From: an uncultured Methanosarcinales archaeon
GTDB lineage: Archaea; Halobacteriota; Methanosarcinia; Methanotrichales; Methanotrichaceae
Direction of reading: 5' to 3'
Assembly (NCBI GenBank): GCA_963843555.1
Contig: CAWJKV010000002.1
Coordinates: forward strand, 1 to 64,000
DNA length: 64,000 nt
Both the position numbers and the translations under genes were made by a program. The first letter of the stretch is position 1, and each line of letters opens with the position of its first letter. Below are positions 31,309 through 42,602 of the stretch, piece by piece. The notes beneath the pieces were generated by a model. It was not told where the DNA came from and made no database searches. It saw nothing but the letters and a program-made list of their open reading frames with translations.

Positions 31309-31755
31309 ATGGCACAGATAGGTTACTCCAAGAAAGTTATGGAACACTTCATGAACCCCAAGAATGTGGGGGTGATCGAGAACCCGGACGGATACGGAAA
31401 AGTGGGCAACCCGGTCTGCGGCGATCTCATGGAGATATTCATCAAGGTCAAAGATGACAGGATTGATGACATCAAATTCAGGACCTTCGGCTGCGGCTCG
31501 GCCATAGCCGTGAGCAGCATGGTCACAGAGATGGCGAAAGGCAAGACGCTGGACGAGGCCATGTTGATCAACCGCAAGGATGTGGCGGACGAGCTGGAAG
31601 GACTGCCTCCGCAGAAGATGCACTGCTCAAACCTTGGTGCCGATGCCCTGCATGCGGCCATCAAGAACTACTGGGTGAAGATCGGGAAGATCAAGCCTGA
31701 GGAAGCGAAAGAGGAGGAAGAGAGCCACGAGGGGGAGGCTTGCGGGACGGAATAA
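31309..31755 (+). CDS. iscU: Fe-S scaffold IscU/NifU
   Basis: HFMNPKNVG, GNPVCGD, FGCGSAIA, LPPQKMHCSNL. Confidence 0.95.
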   Translation: MAQIGYSKKVMEHFMNPKNVGVIENPDGYGKVGNPVCGDLMEIFIKVKDDRIDDIKFRTFGCGSAIAVSSMVTEMAKGKTLDEAMLINRKDVADELEGLPPQKMHCSNLGADALHAAIKNYWVKIGKIKPEEAKEEEESHEGEACGTE

Positions 31756-31844
31756 GGTTATACAATGTAAAGATGGTAACTGGGCCAAGGTTTCTGCGCT
31801 ATTGATGTTCAGAGGGCAATATCACTGCACAGGGACCTCAATCC

Positions 31845-32187
31845 CTAAAAGCCTCATCTGTGAGGATCTTATTGATCTGATCCAGAATCGGCAGAATTTG
31901 CTTTTGCAGAATATCCCACAATATCTCCTCGTCGAGGCCGAAGTATCTGTGGACAGAGATATCTCTTAAGCCCGCAATCTTACGCCATGGGACCTTTGGA
32001 TATCGTTCTCTTACCTCCGGCGGAATGTGCTTGGCAGCTTCGCCGAGGATTACCAGATTGAAAATTACCGCATCGTAGGTTTTTCGTCTGCAGCGAAATG
32101 ATCAAAGTCTAGTTCCTCAGCGTAACGCAATATCTTCTCGCAAGATGTCTGCATATCCTCAAGAAACAGCAGGTAGTCCCTGGACAT
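31845..32187 (-). CDS. HEPN/DUF86 (HepT-like) toxin, frameshift near 32085
   Basis: [11 protein letters not shown]..., [23 protein letters not shown] (Rx4H). Confidence 0.85.
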
Positions 32188-32467
32188 AGAGGGCCTCACT
32201 CTCGATCTGTGGCTTGAGTCTGGGCCGGATGGACTTGCGGGTGACCAGATCCACAGGATTGCCCAGCAGATCCTCAAGGAAGAACTTGAGATCCATATAC
32301 CCATCGAAGGTAGCCGGGCTCTGGAACTCCACCACGATGTCCACATCGCTATCCGTCCTGGCCTCATCCCTAGCCACAGATCCGAAGACTGCCAGAGTCT
32401 TTACACCCATGTGAGTCAGCTCATCTCTATGAGCGGCCAGTATATGCAGGGTCTCCGATCTTCTCAT
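32159..32467 (-). CDS. MNT nucleotidyltransferase antitoxin
   Basis: FGSVARDEARTDSDVDIVVEF; overlaps the HEPN gene. Confidence 0.9.
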   Translation of the reverse strand: MRRSETLHILAAHRDELTHMGVKTLAVFGSVARDEARTDSDVDIVVEFQSPATFDGYMDLKFFLEDLLGNPVDLVTRKSIRPRLKPQIESEALYVQGLPAVS

Positions 32468-32804
32468 GGTTCTCTCAAAAATTACTATGTAGATCTTTAA
32501 TATAAAGGCCTTTTGAAGGTCGCATTCAAGGATATCAAAACGATCTTAGATATCTCCGCCTGGATTAGCTCTTGCCCAGACTGCATCGTTATTATTGCCG
32601 GATTTGATCCTGATATCCGCGAGTCAAGATGGCAAAGCTGTCCGTCCAAAATCTCCCTGCGCGTGGGTATGCGGGCGCACGCGGCCGCACGGGCGGGCCC
32701 GCCCTTGCCGGCGAGTTTTACCTGTGTTCGGGCTGAACGGGAACTATGATACCTAGAATTTTTTGCCGGAATGTTCATCTCTTTTCACGTCCTACATTTC
32801 TCGC

Positions 32805-34178
32805 ATGAAGCTGGTGTTTCACGGAGCAGCGGGCGGTGTAACAGGATCCCACACGATCCTTGAGGCTGATGGTTCACGAATCGGCATCGATGCAGGGCTC
32901 TATCAGGGGAGTGAAGCGGTGAAGAACCGTTCCGGATTCGGATATAGCCCTGATTCTCTGAAGGCGCTGCTGCTAACTCATGCTCATATCGACCACTGCG
33001 GCAGGATACCGTTGCTGGTTAAAGAGGGTTATCCGGGGTCCGTTTACTCCACCTCGGCCACGAAAGACCTTTGCGAGATAATGCTGAAAGACTCTGCCCA
33101 TCTCATGGCCGAGGCAAGTGATCGCAAAAACCGTCATCGAGATCCTAAACAAGATCCACCCCTGCCTCCACTTTACGCGGAAAGTGATATTTTCCCGGCC
33201 ATGAAACGGTTCCAGCCTGTAAACTATGGAGAGAAGCTCGATCTGGGCAACATCTCCGCTAATTTCAGGGACGCGGGCCATATTCTCGGTTCGGCCATGA
33301 TCGAACTGACCCATGCCGGCAAGAAGATCGTTTTCAGCGGCGACCTCGGTCGGCCCGGAGTTCCCATTCTACGTGACCCTGAAAAGATAGACGAAGCCGA
33401 CTGGCTGGTACTCGAATCCACCTATGGCAACAAAGACCATGATGATATGGCTGCCCGGGGAAAGAAGCTCTTGGAAATAGTGCTGGAGACGCTGGAGCGG
33501 GGCGGCAATGTCGTCATCCCGGCCTTTGCCGTGGGGCGTACTCAGGAGATACTCTATGAACTCAATCCTTATGCGGAAACGGGCGCGCTGAAAGGGGTCA
33601 AATGCTACGTAGACAGCCCCATGGCCATCTCGGCAGGAGAGATCTACAGCCGCCATCCAGAGTGCTTTGACTCCGAGACGCTTTCCATGCTGAAGCGGGG
33701 AGACAGCCCATTTGAGTTCCCCGGACTGCATTACACCAGATCCAGGGATGAATCGAAGGCCATTAATGATCAAAAAGAGCCGCATATCATTATTTCGGCC
33801 AGCGGAATGGGCACGGGAGGCAGAATTGTTCACCACCTGATCCATAACCTGGGGCGCAGGGACAGCACAATCCTCTTCGTCGGCTATCAGGCAGAAGGGA
33901 CTTTAGGGCAGCGGTTGGTGAGCGGATCTGAGAGTGTCCGAGTAATGGACCGGCAGATAGATGTGCAGGCCAAGGTCGAGTCCCTGGAATCATTCTCGGC
34001 CCATGCGGGCCGAAGCGAGGTCTTGAAGTGGCTGCAAGCTTTCAAGAGATTCCCTGAAATCGTTTTCCTCAATCACGGTGAGACCAATGCCACAGAGGCG
34101 CTTTCCCAGATGATAAAGCAGGAGTTTGGAGCCGAAGTCGTGGTTGCGGAGCCGGGAAAGAGCTACCTGTTCGGATGA
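32805..34178 (+). CDS. MBL-fold beta-CASP ribonuclease
   Basis: THAHIDHCG, AGHILGS, SGDLG, ESTYG, PAFAVGRTQE, SASGM, FSAHA, NHGE. Confidence 0.93.
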   Translation: MKLVFHGAAGGVTGSHTILEADGSRIGIDAGLYQGSEAVKNRSGFGYSPDSLKALLLTHAHIDHCGRIPLLVKEGYPGSVYSTSATKDLCEIMLKDSAHLMAEASDRKNRHRDPKQDPPLPPLYAESDIFPAMKRFQPVNYGEKLDLGNISANFRDAGHILGSAMIELTHAGKKIVFSGDLGRPGVPILRDPEKIDEADWLVLESTYGNKDHDDMAARGKKLLEIVLETLERGGNVVIPAFAVGRTQEILYELNPYAETGALKGVKCYVDSPMAISAGEIYSRHPECFDSETLSMLKRGDSPFEFPGLHYTRSRDESKAINDQKEPHIIISASGMGTGGRIVHHLIHNLGRRDSTILFVGYQAEGTLGQRLVSGSESVRVMDRQIDVQAKVESLESFSAHAGRSEVLKWLQAFKRFPEIVFLNHGETNATEALSQMIKQEFGAEVVVAEPGKSYLFG

Positions 34179-34417
34179 GATTGCAGGGCGGTTCGCGGAG
34201 TACCTATCGAATCGTTTCCTAATAACGGAGAAGCCCTCGATCAAGCATGCGAGCGCTCTGGGGGCCGCCGGCCCTGCCTCTGCCCTGCCAGGCAATAGCC
34301 GTGCCGTGTGCGAGTCCAAATCGTTGATTTTAATAAAAATGAAGACTTATTCTTGCAGATGGCCTGAAAAGTTAATAAAAAATTATTTCAAAAAAAAAGA
34401 TTGGCGATTTTTCCCTG

Positions 34418-35230
34418 TTAGTAAGGGGCGTTTAGCCACTGGTACGTGCCGTAGGCCCAGGCAATGGCATTGGCACTTTCATTGTCCCCACTACTATAGT
34501 AGTAAGCGTTGTTGAACGCTTTCTGATACTCTTTCATTGCGTCTGCATTATCCAGTCCGGCTTGAGGACCAGTGCTGACGCGAGGAACGTAATTCCCAGG
34601 ATAGACTCCCAAATAGTCGACGGGATTGTTGGTCGGAGGAAGGTAGTAACCGCCAGTTGTAGTGGTGCCTGATACATCGATTGTCACACTATTGCTTGGG
34701 GCACCATTTACCATAAAGGCCACTGTGTGCCGTCCAGGAGCATCTGCATAGAAGGCGAGTTTGCTGGTGGGGTAAATGAAGTACTGGTACTCAACTTTCT
34801 GACCACTTGCATCGTTCAGTACAAAGCTGCCTGTGCCCTCGCTGGGAGTGATTGCTAATAGCGGTACCAAAGCTCCCTGGGGAACCTGGGCGTACTGCGA
34901 CCAGTCTCTTGTTCCCTGTATCCACAGAGCATTGCCTGAAGCAGCCTGTTGATATGTAGAGTAAGGAACTTGCTGCATCTGGGTGCCGAAGTAGACGTAT
35001 GTTGGTGCGCTCGTGATATTATATGCCACGGGAGGTGTAATATGTGCGCTTGGGGCGGATCCTCCAATCGAGCCATAGAATTGAGTGTAATCATAAGTGC
35101 TAGCATCAGCACCTGGCATTGGGCCTGAATAGCCGCTCAAAGCCACTACGTTGGTCTGTGCCTGAACCCCTGACAAACATGCTAATAGAATGAATGCCAC
35201 TAAGGTCGATAACAACCTGTTCATTTTCAT
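34418..35230 (-). CDS. Secreted Tyr-rich hypothetical protein
   Basis: Signal peptide; LWIQG..WSQYA.VP.G, FYADAPGRH. Confidence 0.8.
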   Translation of the reverse strand: MKMNRLLSTLVAFILLACLSGVQAQTNVVALSGYSGPMPGADASTYDYTQFYGSIGGSAPSAHITPPVAYNITSAPTYVYFGTQMQQVPYSTYQQAASGNALWIQGTRDWSQYAQVPQGALVPLLAITPSEGTGSFVLNDASGQKVEYQYFIYPTSKLAFYADAPGRHTVAFMVNGAPSNSVTIDVSGTTTTGGYYLPPTNNPVDYLGVYPGNYVPRVSTGPQAGLDNADAMKEYQKAFNNAYYYSSGDNESANAIAWAYGTYQWLNAPY

Positions 35231-35669
35231 AATTCATCCTCCGAAGGTTAATTCTGGTTGATGCAAACATCAAATCCGAGTATATCTATTTTTGCCAGGC
35301 AAAGCCTGACAATAGATGCGTTGAATTCTATGATATTTATACGTTTCAGCTGTTAAAATAACTTAAATAATTTCATAGAAAACATATAAAATAGGATAAC
35401 AGTAATATTTCCTAAATGTCTTGCCTCTCAAGAACCGCATCTTTGGAGTCGCTTCATAGCGATTGATATGCGAGATAAAAAAGGATGCGACCGTTATCCA
35501 TTCTCGAATTAACAAATAGCAGGCGAAACGCAATCCAAATTCCCACTGACATGTATGTTGCTTTTGCCCGAAAAGTCGATAATAGTTTTCGCGAATGTGA
35601 GGCATATTCGCGATTCTATTTGTCGAGAAATAGATTTTGACAAAAATCGAATATTAAATATTAGATTTA

Positions 35670-35744
35670 TAGCGGGGAGTAGATTTGAACTACTGATCTA
35701 CGGGTTATGAGCCCGTCGGGATATCCTGACTACCCTACCCCGCT
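35670..35744 (-). tRNA. tRNA-Met(CAT), initiator
   Basis: AGCGGGGTAGGGTAGTCAGGATATCCCGACGGGCTCATAACCCGTAGATCAGTAGTTCAAATCTACTCCCCGCTA: A1-U72, GGG/CCC anticodon stem, CAT anticodon, TTCAAAT loop. Confidence 0.97.
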
Positions 35745-35958
35745 GCACTTGGGATATACACACTCACTTTATACTAGCTTATAAGGCTTGCGTACAGAAT
35801 CCTCCGCAACTGAAGCGAAGAGAAACCGCCGATATGCATTTGTTGACGGAAATTCCATCAACCTATTACTGCAGCCTCGCGTACCGCGGAATATCTTTGC
35901 GGCATATCTGCGCCCGGGATTCGGTTACTTAATGTATCCCTAGTCCAATCAGGTCTCT

Positions 35959-36591
35959 ATGTTGCTGTTGGGCGCGGATGAAGCTGGCAAGGGTCCTGTT
36001 ATCGGCTCCATGTTCGTCGCCGGACTGGTTATCGAGGAGGAGAATCTTTTCGACCTGGCGGCTTATGGTGTCAAGGACTCCAAGCAGCTCGCCCCGGCGA
36101 AGAGGGAGATACTGGCCAAGAAGATAAACAGGATTGCCACTGATCAATACATCCTGGAAGTCAAAGCAGAGGTCATCGACGAGCTGCGCCTTGTCATGAC
36201 TATGAACGACATCATGGTAAGGAGCTTCTCCCAGGTGGTAGGAAAGCTGCATGCCGATAGAGCCGTTCTTGATGCCGCGGACGTAGATGCTGCCCGATTT
36301 GCCAGAGCCGTCCAAACCTTGAGCAAGACCACTATGGATCTGATTGCAGAGCACAAAGCAGACGAGCGCCACATGGTCGTCTCAGCCGCCTCAATTCTTG
36401 CCAAAGTTCGACGGGATGCGTCCATACGTGAGCTGGAGTTGGCCCTGCATTGCAGGATCGGCAGCGGATACCCACATGATAGGGATACGATCGCATTCCT
36501 GAGCAACTGGGTAAAGGAAAATCGGGATCTTCCTCCCTGCGCCAGGCACAGCTGGGCAACAGCGCAGCGTATAAAAGCTAGTTTTATATAG
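35959..36591 (+). CDS. rnhB: Ribonuclease HII
   Basis: GADEAGKGPVIG, VKDSKQL, EHKADE..VSAASILAKV.RD, GSGYP. Confidence 0.96.
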   Translation: MLLLGADEAGKGPVIGSMFVAGLVIEEENLFDLAAYGVKDSKQLAPAKREILAKKINRIATDQYILEVKAEVIDELRLVMTMNDIMVRSFSQVVGKLHADRAVLDAADVDAARFARAVQTLSKTTMDLIAEHKADERHMVVSAASILAKVRRDASIRELELALHCRIGSGYPHDRDTIAFLSNWVKENRDLPPCARHSWATAQRIKASFI

Positions 36592-36631
36592 GCTGCCTGA
36601 AATTAAGAGGCCCCAAGGAAGAAGGGATCAC

Positions 36632-37777
36632 ATGGATATAGAGGATACTTTGCTCATGATTCCAGGGCCGACCAAGGTCGCGCCTCGCGTGCTGCGCGCA
36701 ATGTCAAAGCCCATGATCAGCCACAGAAGCGGCGAGTTTGGAGCAATTTACAGCGAATGCTGCGGATTGCTCAAGCAGTTCTTCGAGACCAGGAATGACG
36801 TAGCGATAATGACTGGCAGCGGTACATTGGGCATGGATGCCGCTGTTGCCAGCACCATCGGCCATGAGGATAGAATCGTTACCATTTCCAACGGCAAGTT
36901 CGGAGAGCGCTTTACTGAGATCGGAGAGAGATATGGTAAGGCCGTTCCTGTGAAGTTCGAGTGGGGCACACCATTCGTCCTGGATAAGATTGCGGCCGCA
37001 TTGGAACAGGGTGCCAAGGCCGTGGCCATGGTCCACAATGAAACCTCCGTCGGCCTCACCAACCCTGCGAAAGAGGTGGGAAAGCTAGCCCGGAAACACG
37101 ACGCGGTATTTATTGTGGATGGCATATCCTCAATAGGCGGCAACGAATTTCTCACCGACGGGTGGAACATCGATATTGCCATCACCGGCTCACAAAAGGC
37201 GCTGGCTGTGCCCCCCGGCCTGGCAGTAGTCTCCGTATCACCAAAAGCGGAAGAGCGCTTCCTGCCCCAGAGCAGCAGCTATTATGCAGATGTGAAGGCC
37301 CACTTAAAGAGCGTCCGGAAGAGCCCGGCGCAGACTCCCTTCACACCTGCGGTGCCACTGTTCTTCGCCATGCAGGAGGCTCTGCGCCTGGCAGCCGAGG
37401 AGGGCTTCGCCGCTCGCAGGACAAGAACGGCAAAGCAGGCGGAGTCGGTTCGATCTGCAGCAAAAGCACTTGGTATAGAGCTATTTCCCACGGTGGACGA
37501 GAATACATATTACTCCAATACAGTAACCGCCATGAAAATGCCCGCGGGCGTCACCGATGACAAGCTGCGCGGCGGCATGAAGAAGCAGGGCGTTATCGTC
37601 TCCGGAGGTCAGGAGGGTCTCAAAGGCAAGATCTTCAGGATCGGCACCATGGGCGTCTGCTCCAGCGGCGACATATTGCGAACCATTCAAACTCTGGAGC
37701 TGGTTCTGGCCAAGGAGGGCCAGCTGCACGCACGCGGCGCAGGAGTTGAAGCCGCGAGCAAGGTGCTGGAGAGCTGA
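36632..37777 (+). CDS. Class V (serine-pyruvate/alanine-glyoxylate-type) aminotransferase
   Basis: LMIPGPT, HNETSVG, VDGISS, GSQKALAVPPG, FRIGTMG. Confidence 0.92.
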   Translation: MDIEDTLLMIPGPTKVAPRVLRAMSKPMISHRSGEFGAIYSECCGLLKQFFETRNDVAIMTGSGTLGMDAAVASTIGHEDRIVTISNGKFGERFTEIGERYGKAVPVKFEWGTPFVLDKIAAALEQGAKAVAMVHNETSVGLTNPAKEVGKLARKHDAVFIVDGISSIGGNEFLTDGWNIDIAITGSQKALAVPPGLAVVSVSPKAEERFLPQSSSYYADVKAHLKSVRKSPAQTPFTPAVPLFFAMQEALRLAAEEGFAARRTRTAKQAESVRSAAKALGIELFPTVDENTYYSNTVTAMKMPAGVTDDKLRGGMKKQGVIVSGGQEGLKGKIFRIGTMGVCSSGDILRTIQTLELVLAKEGQLHARGAGVEAASKVLES

Positions 37778-38125
37778 TCCGACTAATAGATTTACACATT
37801 TTTTTATTTAATCTGTTTTGCAAAAAGTAACAACAATTAATGTTGACTTTAATCGATTTTTTAGAATCTAGTCGAATAAATCAAACTGCACGAAACATTT
37901 TTATACTGTAATATCTCTAATAGATTTTAAGGTAATTATTAACAAATGGAATATAATGAAGTGATAGACCGTTGGGGAGTGCCCATCTGCAATAGGCAAA
38001 AGGATTTATAAGTAGGCACCGGTTAGAACATATTCGTGATTTCATGGGGGTTGAGTCAGTTGGAGGGAATGAAAGCTGAAATAGGCGGTGACGGATTAGA
38101 TCTGTGTTCTTTGCCACTTAAGAAG

Positions 38126-41100
38126 ATGGGCAAAGGGAAACACTGTTTCACGCTATTGCTTATTATTATTTAAGCATAACTTCTGCTTTGTTTCTGGCCC
38201 CGGGATGCACGGCAGAGATCGACTTTGATGTAAGAAATGCAACTGTAACTCCTGACTATGGATACGAGGACTTTGCCTATTCAGCCCAGATATGGCTGAG
38301 CGATTCTTCGGCCAGCAGAGTAGGTGAGCTCGCAGTAACTAAATTCAGGGTAGATTTATATATCTACGATAAAGATAATCTGATTTACAGAGAGCCTTCT
38401 TCTGATGTAGTTCTCAGCCAACAGGATATTCAGAGCAGAATCAGCCGTCCTCTTGTCTTCGGTCCATACAGATTAACGGACAAGTTAGGAATAACCAGCA
38501 CCAGCAATGCCTCTTATGAATTTGTTCTCTATCGATCTGGAGAAGAAGTCGCGAGGTCCGCCAGATTGTCAGGTCCCGTTCTCCAGCCACCGACAATAAC
38601 CGGCCTGCCTCAATTCGATGAGACTCCCTATTTCTTCCAGGGCATCTCAGCGACCGCCGGGTTCAGGGATCAGGACGACATTTTGGCCACCTGTCATCTG
38701 GAAATTGCAGGCCCTCTGGGAACAAATGAATCCAGGAACTGGAAGACTGGAGAGGTTCCGTGCAAGCACGCGGGTAAGAACGTTTATACCTGCACTCTAT
38801 TCCAGGATCTCTCATCTTACAGGGAGGGCGGAAACTTCAGCTTCAACATCGTCTATAACAATCTCAAGCTTGACCCCTTGTTCTTCGGGCCCTACAATAT
38901 CTCCCTTCAGCCCTACAGTCCCCTCGTAGAAAGACTTACGGTTCCCCAGCTCCTTGATTCGTCCAACTTCACAATTCTTGCCTACGTCAGAGATGAGGGG
39001 GTTAAGATGGTGGGGGGCCTCCCGATAGGTAGTACTGCCAATCTAATAATAAGCCGTCCCCCCAGCGGAATTGTCATTTACAACTCATCTGAGCCGACTA
39101 TCCAGGGCCCCTATCTTGTCTATGTTTGGAATAAAGACCAAATATCGTTCAGCAGGGACGATGTGCTGCAGAGCAGAGTTGTCCCATTCCAGGCCAGAAT
39201 CGAATATAAGAATGAAAACTGGAATTACGGTGCCAATGCATCCAGCATTGACTTTAGAGTGGTAGAGGAGATTCCAGAACTGGATCTACAGTATCCGTCT
39301 TTCGCTTATGTTCGGTCCGGTGAGACCACCACTATTGACATAACTGCTGTGGTTGCATTCTCCAAAGGGCCCGGCAATATGAATTTCAGGCTTTCCGGTC
39401 CCGCTGAGAATCTCAATTTTACCGACAAAGGAACCTCTCTGGGAGGAAACAGGTACCAATACAAATGGCAGATTAACTTCGATAAACGTCACATCGATGG
39501 CAATTATACGCTCTCCATGTCCTTTGTCCATCCTTCGCTTTCCGGCGGCAAATTTGCCTTTGATGACCGGTCCATAAAGGTGGCCCCGGTTTTTGTGCAG
39601 TTCGATAGGGCCAGCGTCTCGCCATTCTTCGGCCAGTGGAATGATAGCTACACCTATTCTTTGAAGATCAATACAAGCATTCCCCTCGATGTCCATCTCC
39701 AGACCTATGATCACTGCAGCAATGAATGGACTGAAAAGGGAGTCGAGAATGCATCAGAGACCGGATCAGGGCTTAATTGGACCCTCAAGCCCTTTGATTA
39801 TGAGTGTTCTGAGATGGAAAAGCAAGGGGCAAAGTACAGGTTCAAGGCGACATTTTCCGGGCAAGACTACCTCTCGAAGGCCTATGACGGCCCATCTTTC
39901 TCAGCAGGCAATCCCATTCTCATCTCCCTGGATAGTGATCCTGTTGTATATGTCCATGACGGCAACCGATCTTCCAGTAGCGTTCAGGCAGTAGTAGAGT
40001 ATACCATCGGCCAGGGAGAAGCCGTTCTCAGGCTCAAAGGACCGGAGAAGAATATTGAGCAATCACAGGAGGGAGTTGCATTGGGCGGCAATAGATATCG
40101 ATATGATTGGAGCCTGCCCTTTGATGAATTGAATACTGGAAAAAATTTTACGTTAAATCTCAGCTACAAGCACCCCAGCCTGCCAGCAGAGTACCAGCTT
40201 GGTGAAAGAGAGATCTCCGTCCAGCCTTTATCAATTGCCTATGGAGATTCAAAGGTTGTGCCTGATAAAGGCAGATGGAATGATACCTATGCCTACTCAG
40301 TACCCGTGAACTCAAGCGTTGAAATGGAAGTCAAGCTGGAGGTCTATAACGTCTGCGGCCATGAATGGGCACAGATTGCTGCACGGAATAATTCCAGCCG
40401 GGCAGAGCATCATTAACCTGACGGCCAGGCCGTTCAATAAAATGTGCGAAGATTTGCAGGGAAAGAATGCGAGCTACCGCTTTGTCGCCAGCTTTGCAGG
40501 GGATACCTTCCCATCCGATACGTATGCGGGACCTTTAATCGATTACTTCATGCGGGTCCGGCAGGAAAATGGCGCGAACACTACGATGATGCCTGAAGAA
40601 GTGAGGGGCGACGTGAGCCCAAGAAGAGGTATCCTGCAGGCCTGGCAGGAGAGCGATAAGCTGTATGCATTCACCTATACCGCTCAACTCAAAAATTTGA
40701 GCTCAGGGCAATTCGCCCTGGGTAGAGCTATTGGTTAAGGCTCCCGGTCGTTCCTGGAAGGCTGTGGGCGAAAAGCAGCAGTACGATCCCAATCAGGGCA
40801 ATTTAAGCTGGACCGTCAAGCCGTTCTTCGATACAGAGTTCCTGGGAACAGCCCAGTTCAAGTTCCTGATCGATGGGAGGGAGAGCAATGTGTTTGAAGG
40901 ACCTGAGATCATCGCCGTCTATAAAGATTTGAGTTATCAGAAATCAGCTATTGTTGGATTGTATAACTATCAAGGTACGATCAACGCGTCCATCAACTTA
41001 ACTCTCGATCTATTGGGTTCGGAAGATAACGAACACTGGAGGAATATCGGCAAGATTCAGAAGTATACATTCGGAAGCGGTGAAGTGCTAAAAACCTGGA

Positions 41101-41168
41101 AAGATGAGCCCGCGATACGATATTATGAGTTTGATATCAAACCGGCAGCCGGCAAGGTGATGAGCTGA
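38126..41168 (+). CDS. Large (about 1000 aa) secreted beta-rich repeat protein; apparent frameshifts near 38170, 40395 and 40705
   Basis: ATG 38126 with signal peptide in an adjacent frame; ORFs 38188..40416, 40319..40738 and 40731..41168 continue one repeat pattern (LGGNRY twice). Confidence 0.75.
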
Positions 41169-42600
41169 TGCGTCAAAAGGAAATTTGGTTAATTGTCATA
41201 GCTCTTTTGATTCTCTCTATAGCTTTCCAGCGATCGCTCCGGCGGGTCCGCAGCCTTCGTCCGACAGTGGCAACAGTGGTGGCGGTGGTAGTGGGGGTGG
41301 ATCTCGCCTCAGCCTGGCGAGTTTTACCAATTACCTGGAGAGCTGGCAAAAGGAAAATCCAACGAAGTATCAGTACATGACAAAGCTCATGAGCAATGGA
41401 AACACCCGAGCATACAAGGTACCATCCATTGGATTAAAATATTCTAAGAATAGATCAGTTAACAGGAACGATGAACTGGATATAAAATTCCAGGTCCAGA
41501 ATCCCAATCCTATTGACCTTCGGATACCTCTTTTCATCGATCTTGAGGCGATGCCTCCCGGAGAGAATGGCTATAAGAAGATAAATCAGAACTCAATGAT
41601 TGTTCAGCCATTTTTCTATACGGAAAATAATGACGTCAATTTCTTCGAATCAAGCTGGCCGGAATTGAGTACCTTCGGCCAGATGAACAGAATGGGTATT
41701 CTAAAACTCAAGACCGGAGAGGTGAAGCTCCGTGCCGTTTACAATGATGGAACCCGGAAAGAATATTCCGACTCCTGGAAATTTTATCCACCTTACTATG
41801 GCGAGCTTGTTCTTAATCTGACCAACCGCCCTCCTGAGATGAAGAATATCTCCATCACGCCACCAAGTACTATGAGGTTCAATGACCCCATAGAGTACAA
41901 GGCGGAGATCGAGGATTCTGACGGAGACATGCTCAATGTGACTCTCCATATCTTCGACACAAAGGGCAAAGAGCTGAAGAATGTTACCCAGATGGTGTTG
42001 CCGGGATCTATCAGCTTCAAAGCCAGCCAGTTTGGATTCTTCAGCGAGACTGATGCAGGTAAAAATTTTACCTATTACTATAGTTTTGATGATGGAATAA
42101 ACAGCAATAGAACTCGGATTCAATCGGGACCGAATATTCGCCAGGGGCCGAAGCTCTATGTGGATCAGCTCAATGTTACACCTCAAAGCAGTAATTGCTA
42201 TTGGTGGCAGTGGTATACCTTCAGTATGAGAGCGAAGAACTTGAACCAGGAAAATTTCGATGTGGTCTTTACCCTGCTATGCAGGACAGAGAATAGCGAT
42301 TGGAGGACGATAGAAAGCAAAACTGTGAAAGTGGGCCCTGAACCGCAAATGATCTCTTTTAACAAAACCGAACCGTTCCTCGTTACTGATGCCAATGCTA
42401 CCTCTTTTTATCGCATTAAACTCTCTGAGTACGATCAGACCGGCAAAGATGTAGTGGAGGCGGCCGGGCCAAAGATCAATGCCAAGATGGTGCCTTATGC
42501 CATTTACGATCCGGTTATGGTCGCAAACGTTGCATCGCTGCTATTTGTGATCCTGGCGGGAAGCCTGGCTTTAGAGAGAAGTCATAAGAGGAGGGATTAG
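41168..42600 (+). CDS. Secreted protein with Gly/Ser linker, Ig-like modules and C-terminal TM anchor; frameshift near 41230
   Basis: TGATG overlap with upstream gene; MRQKEIWLIVIALLILSIAF signal; C-terminal VMVANVASLLFVILAGSLAL-ERSHKRRD. Confidence 0.75.
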
Positions 42601-42602
42601 AG

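Noticed and set aside
35670..35744. tRNA as an integration site
   Set aside because: No duplicated tRNA 3' end or integrase was noticed in the window.
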